Below are positions 8,995-19,200 of a stretch of 59,491 nucleotides of DNA, in pieces. Below the pieces are notes generated by a model. The model was not told the DNA's origin. It made no database searches and saw only the letters and a list, made by a program, of their open reading frames with translations. Source of the stretch: a virus (Duplodnaviria > Caudoviricetes); the IMG/VR virus record IMGVR_UViG_3300044691_000368, positions 1 through 59,491 of that record. One strand, written 5' to 3'. The stretch's first letter is position 1; every line of letters starts with the position of its first letter. A program made the translations under genes and the position numbers.

Positions 8995-9463
8995 TGGTCT
9001 CCCCCGGCATAAAAACATCTGAATGAGCGTGCAGGATTGCAATGCACTCAGCGCCGCGCGTTGGTCCCGTCGACCATGTGCGCGAGACCTGAGTTAGAAA
9101 ATCTTCCGGGTTGGTTGCGACAAGAGCGGCGGCATAGTGCGGGTAGTGCGGTGCCAGCGCTCGCAAAGTGTTCATGCGATCGGCAAAGCAATCCGCCATC
9201 GTTGGATATTTCACAAAGTCATCATGCTGCACGACCCACTTACCGTTGAGGAATTCCTTTGTCGGGAGGTTCACTGTGCCGAAGATTGGGTGCTGATGCT
9301 GCTTCATGCCGAAGCCGTTCCAATCCTCGCGGAAGAGTTGGGATGTTCCCCACGTGGTCTCCACCATCACTTCGCAGGCCTGCGCTTGAGGGAAGAGGCA
9401 ACCGGACTGTTGCGCTGACGCGTAGACCTGCGCCAGCGCTGCTATCTGCTGTGGGCTTGCCAT
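8972..9463 (-). CDS. Endolysin, GH73 glucosaminidase/FlgJ-like
   Basis: VETTWG (catalytic Glu), NGFGMK, LPTKEFLNG, FVKYPTMADCF, WSTGP; GAGG RBS. Confidence 0.85.
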   Translation of the reverse strand: MASPQQIAALAQVYASAQQSGCLFPQAQACEVMVETTWGTSQLFREDWNGFGMKQHQHPIFGTVNLPTKEFLNGKWVVQHDDFVKYPTMADCFADRMNTLRALAPHYPHYAAALVATNPEDFLTQVSRTWSTGPTRGAECIAILHAHSDVFMPGETNVKTSSE

Positions 9464-9590
9464 GAGTTGTCCTCTTATTTGGTGGTAGTCTGTGGGTGCG
9501 GCGGCGTAATTCGGGAGTCTCGACACGGACTTGACTGACGCCAGTGCGGAGCAGGCACGTAAACCATGCCACCGCCGCGAGTGTTCAGAT

Positions 9591-9612
9591 AGGCTCCTTC
9601 GGGAGCCTTTTC
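9591..9612. terminator. Stable hairpin / intrinsic terminator
   Basis: AGGCTCC-TTCG-GGAGCCT followed by Ts on the + strand; lies just past the stop of the 832-aa minus-strand gene. Confidence 0.6.
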
Positions 9613-9621
9613 TGTTGTCCC

Positions 9622-12120
9622 TTATTTACAGGTCCAAACGACTGTGGAACCCGATGCCGCAGGCGTGCAGGTGAAGGTTTTGGTGAAGGTGAAGGCCTTC
9701 GGCAGCACGACAGGCGCGGTCACCAAAAGCGATGCTGACCCGGTTGCGCTGGTGAAATGGACGGTATCGGTTGGAGTGAAGGCAACGGATAGATTCGCCG
9801 TTCCGGCCGTCGCCATCACCGTCCCCAGCGCGGGCGTGTAGACAAACGTTCCAGGCGTCGATGCAGTGGCGTTCATCTGGGTCGAAGAGAGCGCCGTTCC
9901 AGAGACGATCGAGGCCGGGTTGCTCCATGTGATCGTTGGGGCGACTGGAACCGGTGGGGGCGGTGGAGGTGCTGTTCCGGCAAGAGCGGGCACCGTCACC
10001 GTAGACGTAACTCCATTGCTGACCATCTTCACCGTCTGGACACTGGCTACCTGCTGGATCTCAAGCTGCTTCATGACGCCAGGGCAGGGGTCTGATCCAG
10101 CCCATGCCGTTCCCACTGCTATGGTCGTTGCGGTAATCGTCACCGAAGGCAACCAGCATGCAGGGGAAGGTTGGCCCGCAACGCAGCTCATGAAACTAGC
10201 CAGGCATGTCGACGCGTCCTGCCCGTAGCGCACGGTGGCTGTGGATGTGAACGTCACTACACTGCCGTCAACAATCTGCGGTGTAGCAAAAAACCATGTC
10301 GAGGTGGGTGGCGGAGGTGGAGGCGGTGGGGGTGGCGGCTGGGCGGTCGAAGACGCAACCTCAACGGCTCCAATTGTCGGTGAGGGAGATCGGGCCGCGC
10401 CGTAGTAGTCGACCGACAGCGAAGGCAAGGGCACGCCCGCGCCAATCAGCGGAGATCCGGATGCCGGGTTGAAATTGAAGGCGTCGAGGTCCGACTCCGC
10501 CGAGAACGGCGATGCGGGCTGGCCCGCGAGCTGAGGAGAGACGCAGACTTCCCCCACGCCTGTAGGGCAAGGCCCGTTGATGTTGTAGTAAAGATTGTGG
10601 TCAGAGCTGATCGCCAGGGTTGCATCGCTGGCTGTGTAGTAGGGCGTGGGGAGATGACTGCTGTAGTTGCTGTCAAAGTATCCGAGGAACACGTTGTCGG
10701 TGAACGTGATCGGAACGCCAGTACAGTTATTTGGTTCCCCGCATCCGAAATCTATAGCAACGTTAGACACACCCATGATCGTGTTTCCAGCGAATAGGTT
10801 CGTAGAACCTGCATCAGTCTGGACGTTGAAGGCATCGCCCGACGCACGGCAAGCGGCGGAAAGAAATGCACCCGGATTGTTGGAGCCCATCCAGAAGCTT
10901 GAAACTGCGCCGGGAAGGGCTTGGGACTGACGGAAGCAATTATTGCCTGCGTAGTTGTTTGTGAAGATGACCGTCGCGCCGGTGGTAGTGTTCCATTTCC
11001 ACTGCTGGCCCATGTTGCCGTACGACGTTGACTGAGTGATGGTCAGGTTCTTGATCTTGGTGTGCGGCCCGATGAACCCGTCTTTGGTATTCCAGTGAAA
11101 ATCACAATGGTTGCAGGTCAGCGCGTCCAGTTCGGTATCCTGTCCGCTGAGAGCATCGCCGAATCCACCGCTGGAGAGGTCGTAGCACGAGGCGGCGGGA
11201 AAGGCCGTATGCACGATGGGGTACTCTTCGTTGCACCCGTTCCCGACCATCGTCAGGTAATTCAGCGTGAGCGACGAGCCAGGCCCGTCGGGCGTGTCCA
11301 CTCCATTGTCAAAGTTCCATCCGGCGAAGGCGTTGAAGTTCGATATCACGCGGGTGAGCGTTACAGGCCCTCCGATGGGACCGGAAAACCCGGCACCCAC
11401 CAGGCCGTGCACATAGACATCCTGGAACAGGACATTCGATGTGCCGGTGCCGGTCTGGATTCCGTTTGAAGCGAAGTCATCAAGGGGCGCGTTGGTGGCA
11501 CATCCGCTGGGGTAAGCGTTAGCGCCCCCGGACTTGGTGCAACTCGAATGATCGGTAACCTTGATGCACTGGAAATCAACATAGGGCGATCCCATGCTGA
11601 CGACACTACCAACCGCGAATCCGCCGAAGATCTCGGTCATGGCGGAGAGGTTCGGCACGTTGCCCGTACTGCACGCGGCGAAGTGCTCGCCGAGGATGCG
11701 GGTGTGTCCCGCCGCCGTGCCAGAAGGTGGATTAGGTGCCCCCGATGCATAAGGGTTCCCCGCGATGCCGAAGCACCCGCCAGTACCGCAAGAGTTAGTA
11801 TTGGTGGCCCAGCCGACTCTCCATGGCCCACCGCGAATGATAACGGTGTCTCCGCCTGCAATTACCCAACCCCATCCTGGGAAGGTCGTGCTGTCCGTGT
11901 AGGAGCCATCCTGCCAGAGATAGCGCACATCGCCGAAGGCGCAGCGCTGCTTCGGCGCGGTCCCGACCGGGGCCGAGTCGCCCTTGCCATCGCACAAGCC
12001 GGTGGTGACGTTGGTGGAGTAGCGCGTGCCTCCGTCCGGACGCACGTAGTACGTAGTTTGCGCGAAGGCGGGCAGGCACAGGCAGGCCAGAGCCGCGACG
12101 AAACAGGCTGTCTTTTTCAC
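9622..12120 (-). CDS. Large secreted protein: beta-helix-like domain, poly-Pro linkers, lectin-like and Ig/MBG-like C-terminal modules
   Basis: Sec signal (AFA-Q), TYYVRPDGG N-terminus, Asn/Thr/Gly-rich beta repeats, DYYGAARSPSPTIGAVE, two poly-Pro linkers, SDPCPGVMKQL, PTITWSNPASIVSGTALSSTQMNATA. Confidence 0.75.
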   Translation of the reverse strand: MKKTACFVAALACLCLPAFAQTTYYVRPDGGTRYSTNVTTGLCDGKGDSAPVGTAPKQRCAFGDVRYLWQDGSYTDSTTFPGWGWVIAGGDTVIIRGGPWRVGWATNTNSCGTGGCFGIAGNPYASGAPNPPSGTAAGHTRILGEHFAACSTGNVPNLSAMTEIFGGFAVGSVVSMGSPYVDFQCIKVTDHSSCTKSGGANAYPSGCATNAPLDDFASNGIQTGTGTSNVLFQDVYVHGLVGAGFSGPIGGPVTLTRVISNFNAFAGWNFDNGVDTPDGPGSSLTLNYLTMVGNGCNEEYPIVHTAFPAASCYDLSSGGFGDALSGQDTELDALTCNHCDFHWNTKDGFIGPHTKIKNLTITQSTSYGNMGQQWKWNTTTGATVIFTNNYAGNNCFRQSQALPGAVSSFWMGSNNPGAFLSAACRASGDAFNVQTDAGSTNLFAGNTIMGVSNVAIDFGCGEPNNCTGVPITFTDNVFLGYFDSNYSSHLPTPYYTASDATLAISSDHNLYYNINGPCPTGVGEVCVSPQLAGQPASPFSAESDLDAFNFNPASGSPLIGAGVPLPSLSVDYYGAARSPSPTIGAVEVASSTAQPPPPPPPPPPPTSTWFFATPQIVDGSVVTFTSTATVRYGQDASTCLASFMSCVAGQPSPACWLPSVTITATTIAVGTAWAGSDPCPGVMKQLEIQQVASVQTVKMVSNGVTSTVTVPALAGTAPPPPPPVPVAPTITWSNPASIVSGTALSSTQMNATASTPGTFVYTPALGTVMATAGTANLSVAFTPTDTVHFTSATGSASLLVTAPVVLPKAFTFTKTFTCTPAASGSTVVWTCK

Positions 12121-12197
12121 GGTAGGTTCCTTTATTTGGTTGGTTTATTGAGAGTCCGGTGGTAGGGTGTTAGTTTTCATGTCCCAGGAGAGTAACC

Positions 12198-12311
12198 ATG
12201 ATTGCAATTCTGTCTGCCTTGCAGCATCACCCTTGGTTTGTGCTTATGTTCCTTGAGACCGCAGTCTTTCTCGTCACTGTGCGCCAGATTCTCAAGAACC
12301 CTAATTTGTGA
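12198..12311 (+). CDS. 37-aa membrane peptide on the opposite strand
   Basis: AGGAGA RBS; MIAILSALQHHPWFVLMFLETAVFLVTVRQILKNPNL. Confidence 0.45.
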   Translation: MIAILSALQHHPWFVLMFLETAVFLVTVRQILKNPNL

Positions 12312-13536
12312 TCTTGATGCCGAACTCGGCGGCGTTGACTGCCGCTAACGTCCATGCCGCGCCCGTGTTTGGATCGGTGAGCGATTGGAGCATGTTCGAC
12401 TGGTAGTTGGTTCCAAGGGCAACGTCGGTTCCGCTCGTCCCTACCGTACCCCCACTCTTGATGGATGCCTGGATGGTCCTGAGACCACCATCATCTTTGC
12501 GACCGAAGACCCACACAATCACAGCAAGGACGCTGGAGCCAGTCACAGCCGGGTAGGTGAACCGGCTGATGTCGTTCAGCGTGTTTGAGGAGATGTACGA
12601 CGAATCACCATCGGGGTCTGACTCGCTCACCAACTTCCACTGCGACACCGCGCCAAGGTTCGTCCACGTGACATGGTTGTCCGTCGTTGGATTACCCGCA
12701 ACCGTGGCCCACGTCGGAGCTACTGCCCCAGTCTTGAAATCTCCGGTGATCGCCGTAGCTCGCTGCAAGTTGCCGTTGCTGTCAACGATGGTGGTCTGAA
12801 GGCGGGTGATAGTAGATAGAACCCAACTAGCTTCTACGTTGGAGAAGTTCTGCGTGCTGCCGTTACCGGAAGGCACCTGACCATTGACCCGCACATCACC
12901 GTTGAAACCGGAGGTGTCGAAGTACACGTCATCTAAATATCCTACGAACGTAACGAGGTTCGAACTTGTAAAGTTCATCGACCCCACGTGAATCGCTGTA
13001 AAGGTGCTATTCCCTGTCGCTTGAGTGTTGACCCCGGTGATGTTCAAAATAGATGTCTGGTCAATCTTTAGCTGACAAACACCGACTGAGCCGCTGATAG
13101 AAACCCCCACCTCGACATAGTGATAGCTGTTGGTGGGGTAGGAGACGGACGCATGAGGGCCTAGAGCGGCGGTGTTATCCCCCCGATTGAAGTAAAACAC
13201 TCCGGCTGCTGTGATCCACAGCGAAACCTGACATAAAGACCCGTCCATAAACCTGGCTACTTCAGCATCCCCCGTCTGTCCGGTTGGGTTGAAATAGAAG
13301 GCAAACCCCACATACGTGGTGGTTCTAGCACCAACGTTTTTTATCACCCCAGATCCGTAGTTATTGTTCGCAACGGTAGCGGAGAAGAGTTGTAGGGCAC
13401 CGGCTCCGCCTCTTCCTACCCCAGGAACAATAGCAACTGGAGCACTAATAAAACTCCCTACCGGTACGATACCGTCCCACTTATCTAAAACGGTTGTGTA
13501 GGTGTCGAATCCATCGGCAAAAATAATAGCGGACAT
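12301..13536 (-). CDS. Virion structural / tail-associated protein (beta-sandwich-like)
   Basis: FADGFD N-terminus, YHYVEVGV, YLDDVYF, TDPNTGAAWT C-terminus; tail-module position. Confidence 0.6.
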   Translation of the reverse strand: MSAIIFADGFDTYTTVLDKWDGIVPVGSFISAPVAIVPGVGRGGAGALQLFSATVANNNYGSGVIKNVGARTTTYVGFAFYFNPTGQTGDAEVARFMDGSLCQVSLWITAAGVFYFNRGDNTAALGPHASVSYPTNSYHYVEVGVSISGSVGVCQLKIDQTSILNITGVNTQATGNSTFTAIHVGSMNFTSSNLVTFVGYLDDVYFDTSGFNGDVRVNGQVPSGNGSTQNFSNVEASWVLSTITRLQTTIVDSNGNLQRATAITGDFKTGAVAPTWATVAGNPTTDNHVTWTNLGAVSQWKLVSESDPDGDSSYISSNTLNDISRFTYPAVTGSSVLAVIVWVFGRKDDGGLRTIQASIKSGGTVGTSGTDVALGTNYQSNMLQSLTDPNTGAAWTLAAVNAAEFGIKITN

Positions 13537-13546
13537 GAAGCCTCTT

Positions 13547-14230
13547 TTACGGGAGCATGAAATTTTGGATAGGCACTGGGCCTGGATTGGGGATGAAGGG
13601 GTAGATCAGTTCCACGCATACCTGGCTGGCTTTTACGTGCGGCATGGCGTTTATCAAATACTCTGTTACCACCTGCGAAGCTATTGCGTGGGCAGAAGGA
13701 TTTATCAGTGTTTCTACGGCTATCTGCGATGCCCTTGCATGAGGAGATGGGAGTAACGTTGTGTCTACCGCTACCTGCGAGACCCTAGCATTGCCCACAA
13801 CGGTAGACGCGGTGAAGTAAGCCGTCTGCCCGGTGCTGGTCCAAGTGAACCCGGTCACCGTGTTCTGGGTTGTCCACGTTGTTCCATCAGGTGAAGACTG
13901 GATTAGGAACGTTGGCGGCGACTGCGAAACCACGCCGATTGTAATCGCGATGGCAACTACGGGTACCGCCCCGGTGAATTGAAGCTGCAACCATTGCGGA
14001 GAGCCGGAACTTGGGTTGGCGTTTGATGACCAAACCGTTGAAGGGTTGCCGTCGAAGGCATTTGAAGCGGGGTTGCCGCTGAATGCGCTTGACGCGCTTG
14101 CCGTGCCGCCGCTGGTGGAGATGGCAGCGTTGTTCGTGTCTAGGAACACCGCCTCATTCAAGGTAACCAAGGAGGCTCCGGAGGTGGGGCCGTTGACGAA
14201 GATTCTCCAATACTGTTGAGTGACTGGCAT
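13547..14230 (-). CDS. Discoidin/F5-8 type C domain tail protein
   Basis: ASASSAFSGNPASNAFDGNPSTVWSS, QWLQLQF, IQSSPDGTTWT. Confidence 0.8.
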   Translation of the reverse strand: MPVTQQYWRIFVNGPTSGASLVTLNEAVFLDTNNAAISTSGGTASASSAFSGNPASNAFDGNPSTVWSSNANPSSGSPQWLQLQFTGAVPVVAIAITIGVVSQSPPTFLIQSSPDGTTWTTQNTVTGFTWTSTGQTAYFTASTVVGNARVSQVAVDTTLLPSPHARASQIAVETLINPSAHAIASQVVTEYLINAMPHVKASQVCVELIYPFIPNPGPVPIQNFMLP

Positions 14231-16236
14231 TAGTGAGCCACCCCGTAGATTCTCACGATTCCAGAAGTTATGTTTCCACTCGACATGATGATGCGGAAGG
14301 CATTCACGGCAGCAGTATTCAAATAAAACCCACCAATTGACTCGTGGATTATCCCAACAGTGGCGTGCATTTCTATAGAATGCCCTACCAGCGCCTTATA
14401 AACGGTAGTACTGCCGGGAGACGTGAGGTTGTAGGTGCCGGTTATACCGTAATTGGCGTTGTTTGACGTAGACCCGTTGGCCAGCATAATACCCGGAACT
14501 GCTGCCCCACCACTTCCATCAATATTCGTGGCGCTGTTGTAAGCATAATCTCCAACTGCCGAGTAGTTGTTCCCAGTGTCATAACTTGCCCCGCCGTTGG
14601 TTGAAAATTGCATCCGGGCAACGATGCTGTTGGTCGCGGGAACGAGGGCTTGCACCGTAATGTGGTAATTGTCGTAGGCGGAAGAATACCAAGACGTAAA
14701 ATCTAACTCCGTGGAATTGCTGGCGGTATGGGCTTCCAAAAACACCAGCCCACCTCCACCACTAGAAGCCGCTCCCCCTGATACCATCTGCCAATTAGTG
14801 CCGTCAAAGATCAGGTCCAGCATCTGATTAGCTAGAATGTCCCCTGTGGCCAAAGCAGTGCTTACCTGCTTTTTGATAGGGGTAGCTGTGCCACCATTTA
14901 CTGCAAGAGTGGACGCTCCAGTGTTAGCGTGTGCCGCAATCAATTGCACACGAGACCCGGCCGCAAGGGTGGGTGCGGGTGACAGAGTTATTGCGTAGGC
15001 ATTGGCGGCCCCCATGTCAGCGGCATACGTGAACGCCTCTTGCTGCACCTGCGCCGCGGTGGTAGTCCCATTGGTGCCATTGGCCCCAGCCTGAGCTACT
15101 AAATTCCAAAACGAGGTATTAGTTGGCAAATTACCTGTGGTGGCGGCTATGCAGATGTAGCTCGATCCAAGGTAAGAGACCTCATCATAAAGGTTGTAGG
15201 CAGTGCTGCCGCTATAAACTCCCCGCCACGTGATTACCGGAGGCGGGGCTGAGATCGACGCCGACACTGCGCCTCGCGTGCCCACCAATGTAATACTCAC
15301 GTCTGAAAGTGTGGTGTCCTGAGTACCAGGAGCTACCACGGTGAACCTATCGCCAGCGTTCAGCGTGAAGGCAGCGCCGGATGTTGTGGTGAACGTGAAC
15401 ACCCCAGACGTAGAGATGGAGACCGTGCCTACGTTGCTGGCGTTCTTGAATACCGTGTAAACCGCAGTAGCGGTCGGAGTGACTCCCAGAGAACCGTAGG
15501 ACTGAGGTGCCGTAAAGTTTGGGGGAAAGGTCTCGGTTGCTTCTGCCGTGTAGATCAACACTAGTTGACCAGCCGATGGCTTGCCCACTACCGAGGACAC
15601 TGGGCGGGTGGCACGGTCGAACACCGGCAACCATTTACCGCTGGAGGCGTTGTACTGCCACGTCATCCCATCAATCAGCGTTACGGATGTATCTAGGGGA
15701 ACAGTGTTGAGACCCACAACCTTCTGGTGGGTTGCGTCAACGGTGGCCACGTCTCCACCAAATGTAGAACCGCCTGCAGGCACCGCAAATGTTCCATCAG
15801 CCTTCAGGAACTTGCCAAGGGCCGCCGAGCCGGCCGGTGGAGCAGGGACCGCACCCGCCGCCCCGCCTGAACCCGCATCCCCTGTAAATGCGCTGATTGC
15901 CAGCGTCCTATTCGCTGAAAGGTCTCCGCCGCCCGTAAGAGGCGCAGTGGTTGTGATTGTTCGGCTGGTAGGCACCTTGGCGGCAAGGTCTGTGACGAGG
16001 CCGGTTACCTGCGACTCTGCGATGTTCCCCACAGAGATCACGCCAGAGCCGTCCACGGTGGTCGTTGTGCCATCCGGCTTCACTGTGCCCCGTAGCGAGG
16101 CTGTGGCCTTCTGCGGGTAGAAGCTGATCGACTGTAGCGGTGCAGCGCCGTCGGTCTGCGGCTTGACGTTCTGATCGCCCGTTGGTGCCGCGGGCGTGGT
16201 GCTGTTGAGCAGGATGCTTACTGTTGGAGTGGGCAT
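14230..16236 (-). CDS. Tail fibre / receptor-binding protein
   Basis: Gly/Thr/Ala-rich fibre segments (TTAPLTGGGDLSANRTLAI); carbohydrate-binding-like module WRGVYSGSTAYNLYDEVSYLGSSYIC; start abuts the upstream stop. Confidence 0.7.
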   Translation of the reverse strand: MPTPTVSILLNSTTPAAPTGDQNVKPQTDGAAPLQSISFYPQKATASLRGTVKPDGTTTTVDGSGVISVGNIAESQVTGLVTDLAAKVPTSRTITTTAPLTGGGDLSANRTLAISAFTGDAGSGGAAGAVPAPPAGSAALGKFLKADGTFAVPAGGSTFGGDVATVDATHQKVVGLNTVPLDTSVTLIDGMTWQYNASSGKWLPVFDRATRPVSSVVGKPSAGQLVLIYTAEATETFPPNFTAPQSYGSLGVTPTATAVYTVFKNASNVGTVSISTSGVFTFTTTSGAAFTLNAGDRFTVVAPGTQDTTLSDVSITLVGTRGAVSASISAPPPVITWRGVYSGSTAYNLYDEVSYLGSSYICIAATTGNLPTNTSFWNLVAQAGANGTNGTTTAAQVQQEAFTYAADMGAANAYAITLSPAPTLAAGSRVQLIAAHANTGASTLAVNGGTATPIKKQVSTALATGDILANQMLDLIFDGTNWQMVSGGAASSGGGGLVFLEAHTASNSTELDFTSWYSSAYDNYHITVQALVPATNSIVARMQFSTNGGASYDTGNNYSAVGDYAYNSATNIDGSGGAAVPGIMLANGSTSNNANYGITGTYNLTSPGSTTVYKALVGHSIEMHATVGIIHESIGGFYLNTAAVNAFRIIMSSGNITSGIVRIYGVAH

Positions 16237-19200
16237 TAGGTCCCTACCTCGAAACCCTGCGGTGCAGGCCATCCGCCGGGTAATGGATTGGCCGATGCTC
16301 CAGCCGCGTGTGTGACTTGAATCGCTCCCATGTAGGTGTAACCGGCGATGCCGACCTTAGCCGTCGTCGTTTCGGCGAAGACTGCGAGCTGCGGGCTTTG
16401 ATCGCCCAGATAGTCTGGGTCTTGGATCGTCACGTAGTACCAAGTAGGCGAGCCGCCCGGGTCGGTGATCGCAATGGAGCGCGCGTTGTACGTCACCGTC
16501 CTACTGGTGAATACCGTAGTGACCGCTGCAAGCGCGATATGCGTGGCATCAGGCTGCGATAGCGATATTGCTGGAGTGTTCGCATAGTTCGTATTGTTGA
16601 CCAAAGTCGAACCTCCACCATCGATGGAGCCGGGAATCGTCGGCTGCTGGAAGCCCTGCGCCGTCAACTCCTCAGTTGCACTCCAGTCGTAAATCGATGG
16701 GTCGGTCTCCTGCACATCGATCTCGGTTCCGAGCAGGGTTACCTCGTTGCCGTCCACCTGCTGCTTATTGATCGTGAATCGGTGTGCTGCAATCTCCAGA
16801 TACTTATTCACCCAGCCGAGCAGCGGTAGGGTCATCTGCACAACGTCAAGGGCGGTTGTTTTGTACATCGCCATGTTGTAGGAGAAGGTGCCTGTTCCCT
16901 GCTGCCGCCGTCGCATCAACTCAATCTTGCAAAGCCGCTGCGCAGTCGCTACTTGGATGGTGAAGGGTAGCTGGATATCGAGCCAGCGCCGGTCCCCGCC
17001 ATCCGCGAACAAGTTGACATCGCCGAACGGAATCATGGGAGAACTTGGACCTGTATAGCCGTGGTCGACGTCTTGCGCATACGGAGGGATGTCGCTTGAC
17101 TGCCAGTTGTTCGCCGGGCTGACAAAGGTGCCCTTCACGCCGTTGTAGAGGTCGCGGATGGAGACCTTCTGGCGCCAGCGGAAGGGACCGGAGGCAATCG
17201 CGAGGGTTTCTGGCGTGTCCCCGAACGGTACTATCTTGCTGCCGCCTACAGGCATATCGAAATACACCGCCATGCCGACGAAACTAATACCCAAATTCAA
17301 AATCGCGCGCCCTGGAACCGAGTTTTCTACCGTCGCACTGATGGACTGGCCCGTGAGCGATGTTCCTATGCTTCCACCAACATGTGCTCCCGCCGCTATG
17401 CCCAAGGAGCCTAAGCTTGAGGAAGCTATATCCATAAAGCCGCCAGCTTTTAGGTTGGAGACTATGACAACCGGATAAATTCCGGTAATTGTTGCCCCGA
17501 TTGGTAGTGTTGGCACTGCAAAATTGAACCACCCCACGGTCACGGTATTTGTTCCCAGCGAATCGCCGTTCAGCATCTGAATTGCGCCGAAAGTGAGGCC
17601 CATAAACGCGCCTCCGGTGCATCCGAGTCCAGCATTGAAAATGCTAGGCGAATTGGAAAAGGATGGTGGTTTTGGTGCTGAAGTGGCAAACGCCCAGACC
17701 ATAGATTGCCCTGCAGGCGGCGGAAATGGCGGAGATGGTATGAAGTTGCCCGATGCCCATGCCGCAGGCCAAATCACGAACTGCCCTTGCGTGTAGGTAA
17801 GCCGCCCACCGCATGATGTCAGAAGGTTTTGCAGCACCTCGCCACGTTTCACCGTCAGTGGGAAGCCGCCGTTGCAGTCATAGCGCGGCACTGTTCCGCC
17901 CGCCGCTGTTGGCACGGCTTCATCGCAAATATTCGCTGCGGATATCAGCTTGTCGAGCGGGATTTCGGTGCCGTAAGCGGCATTGAAACCGAACACCGGA
18001 TGCGCCAGATAGTCGGCTATGCAGAGAGCCGAGTTCTCGGTATAACCGGTTCCGTCCGCATTCGAGGTGCCTGGGCCCGTCGAAAGTTGAATATCGTAGA
18101 CGTAGTGCCCCATGTCGTCATGGGCATCCGTGAATGCCATCACCTGAAGTTGGCTCGTGTCGGTGGTCGGAGAGAGCGTGATGCTATCCCACCCTTTCGG
18201 ATGGTCAGGAGAGTTATAGATTTGTGTCCAAGTGGTTCCGTTGTCCAGCGAATACCAGATGCCTGCAGAGCGGCCGGTAAAGCGGAACGGATCTACCGCA
18301 GAGAAAATGTTGAGATAGAGCGTGCCTGGAACCGGCGATGCGGGTAACGCTGCGAACTGCCAGACGCATCCAGCGTATGTATGCGTCGCGCGATAGACGG
18401 CCACGGCGCAGGTAGTCAGGCGCGCATCTATTGCGAAATCTGGATTCACGTATCCATCGGTGACATCGTTGTTCAGCCCGAAATTGAAGCCCTGATCCAC
18501 CCCTAATTCGTATGCTCCGACGTGCGCATTGTTCCCCCAGCCGTTGAGTAGCGTGGTGGGACGCTGGAGGATATTCGAGACTGCCGAGGCTCGGGGATCG
18601 TAGATATCGTTCTTCCCGGAGATGCGGAAAGCGATCGTTGGCAGACCATTCGCAAAGATTTCATCGTTGTAGTGCAGCCGCAAAAACGCGGATGTTTTGC
18701 CGAGGAGTTTGTGCTGTGCTGTCCAAGGATTGTTCGGGTAGGTGACAAGGTTGCCGGGGTCGCCATCGTAGGGCGTTCCGTTGATCATGCCGGGGAAGGT
18801 CTCCGTGTGATCGCCGAGCAAAACCTCCATGTGAATCTTAGCCTTATAGTTCGGCCATACCGTCACGGCCTGCCCAGAGCTCGAGACCGTCGTTGCAGCG
18901 CCTCCACAAATATAGGTGAAGGTGTCAGGGTTGACCAGCGTCACCGCATAGCGCCCGTTGAACGTGTGATCTGAGACGTTCTGGATGATGAGCGAGTCGC
19001 CCGTCTGGAGGTCGGTTATTGCGGATGCCGATACCGCAGTAACGACGTCATTCACCCGCGTTACGCTGACAAAGTTGATCGTCTGTTGGGTGGGTTCAAA
19101 GCTGCAACCGTTACTGTCCAGCCGCACCCGCTGGCCGTCGAACAGTAGAGCATCCACGCTCTTGGATGTATGGCAGTTAAGTACAGCCACCAAATCTAGG

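Noticed and set aside
10304-10338. GGT/GGC-rich microsatellite-like run
   Set aside because: It encodes the poly-proline linker of the 832-aa protein with mixed codons.
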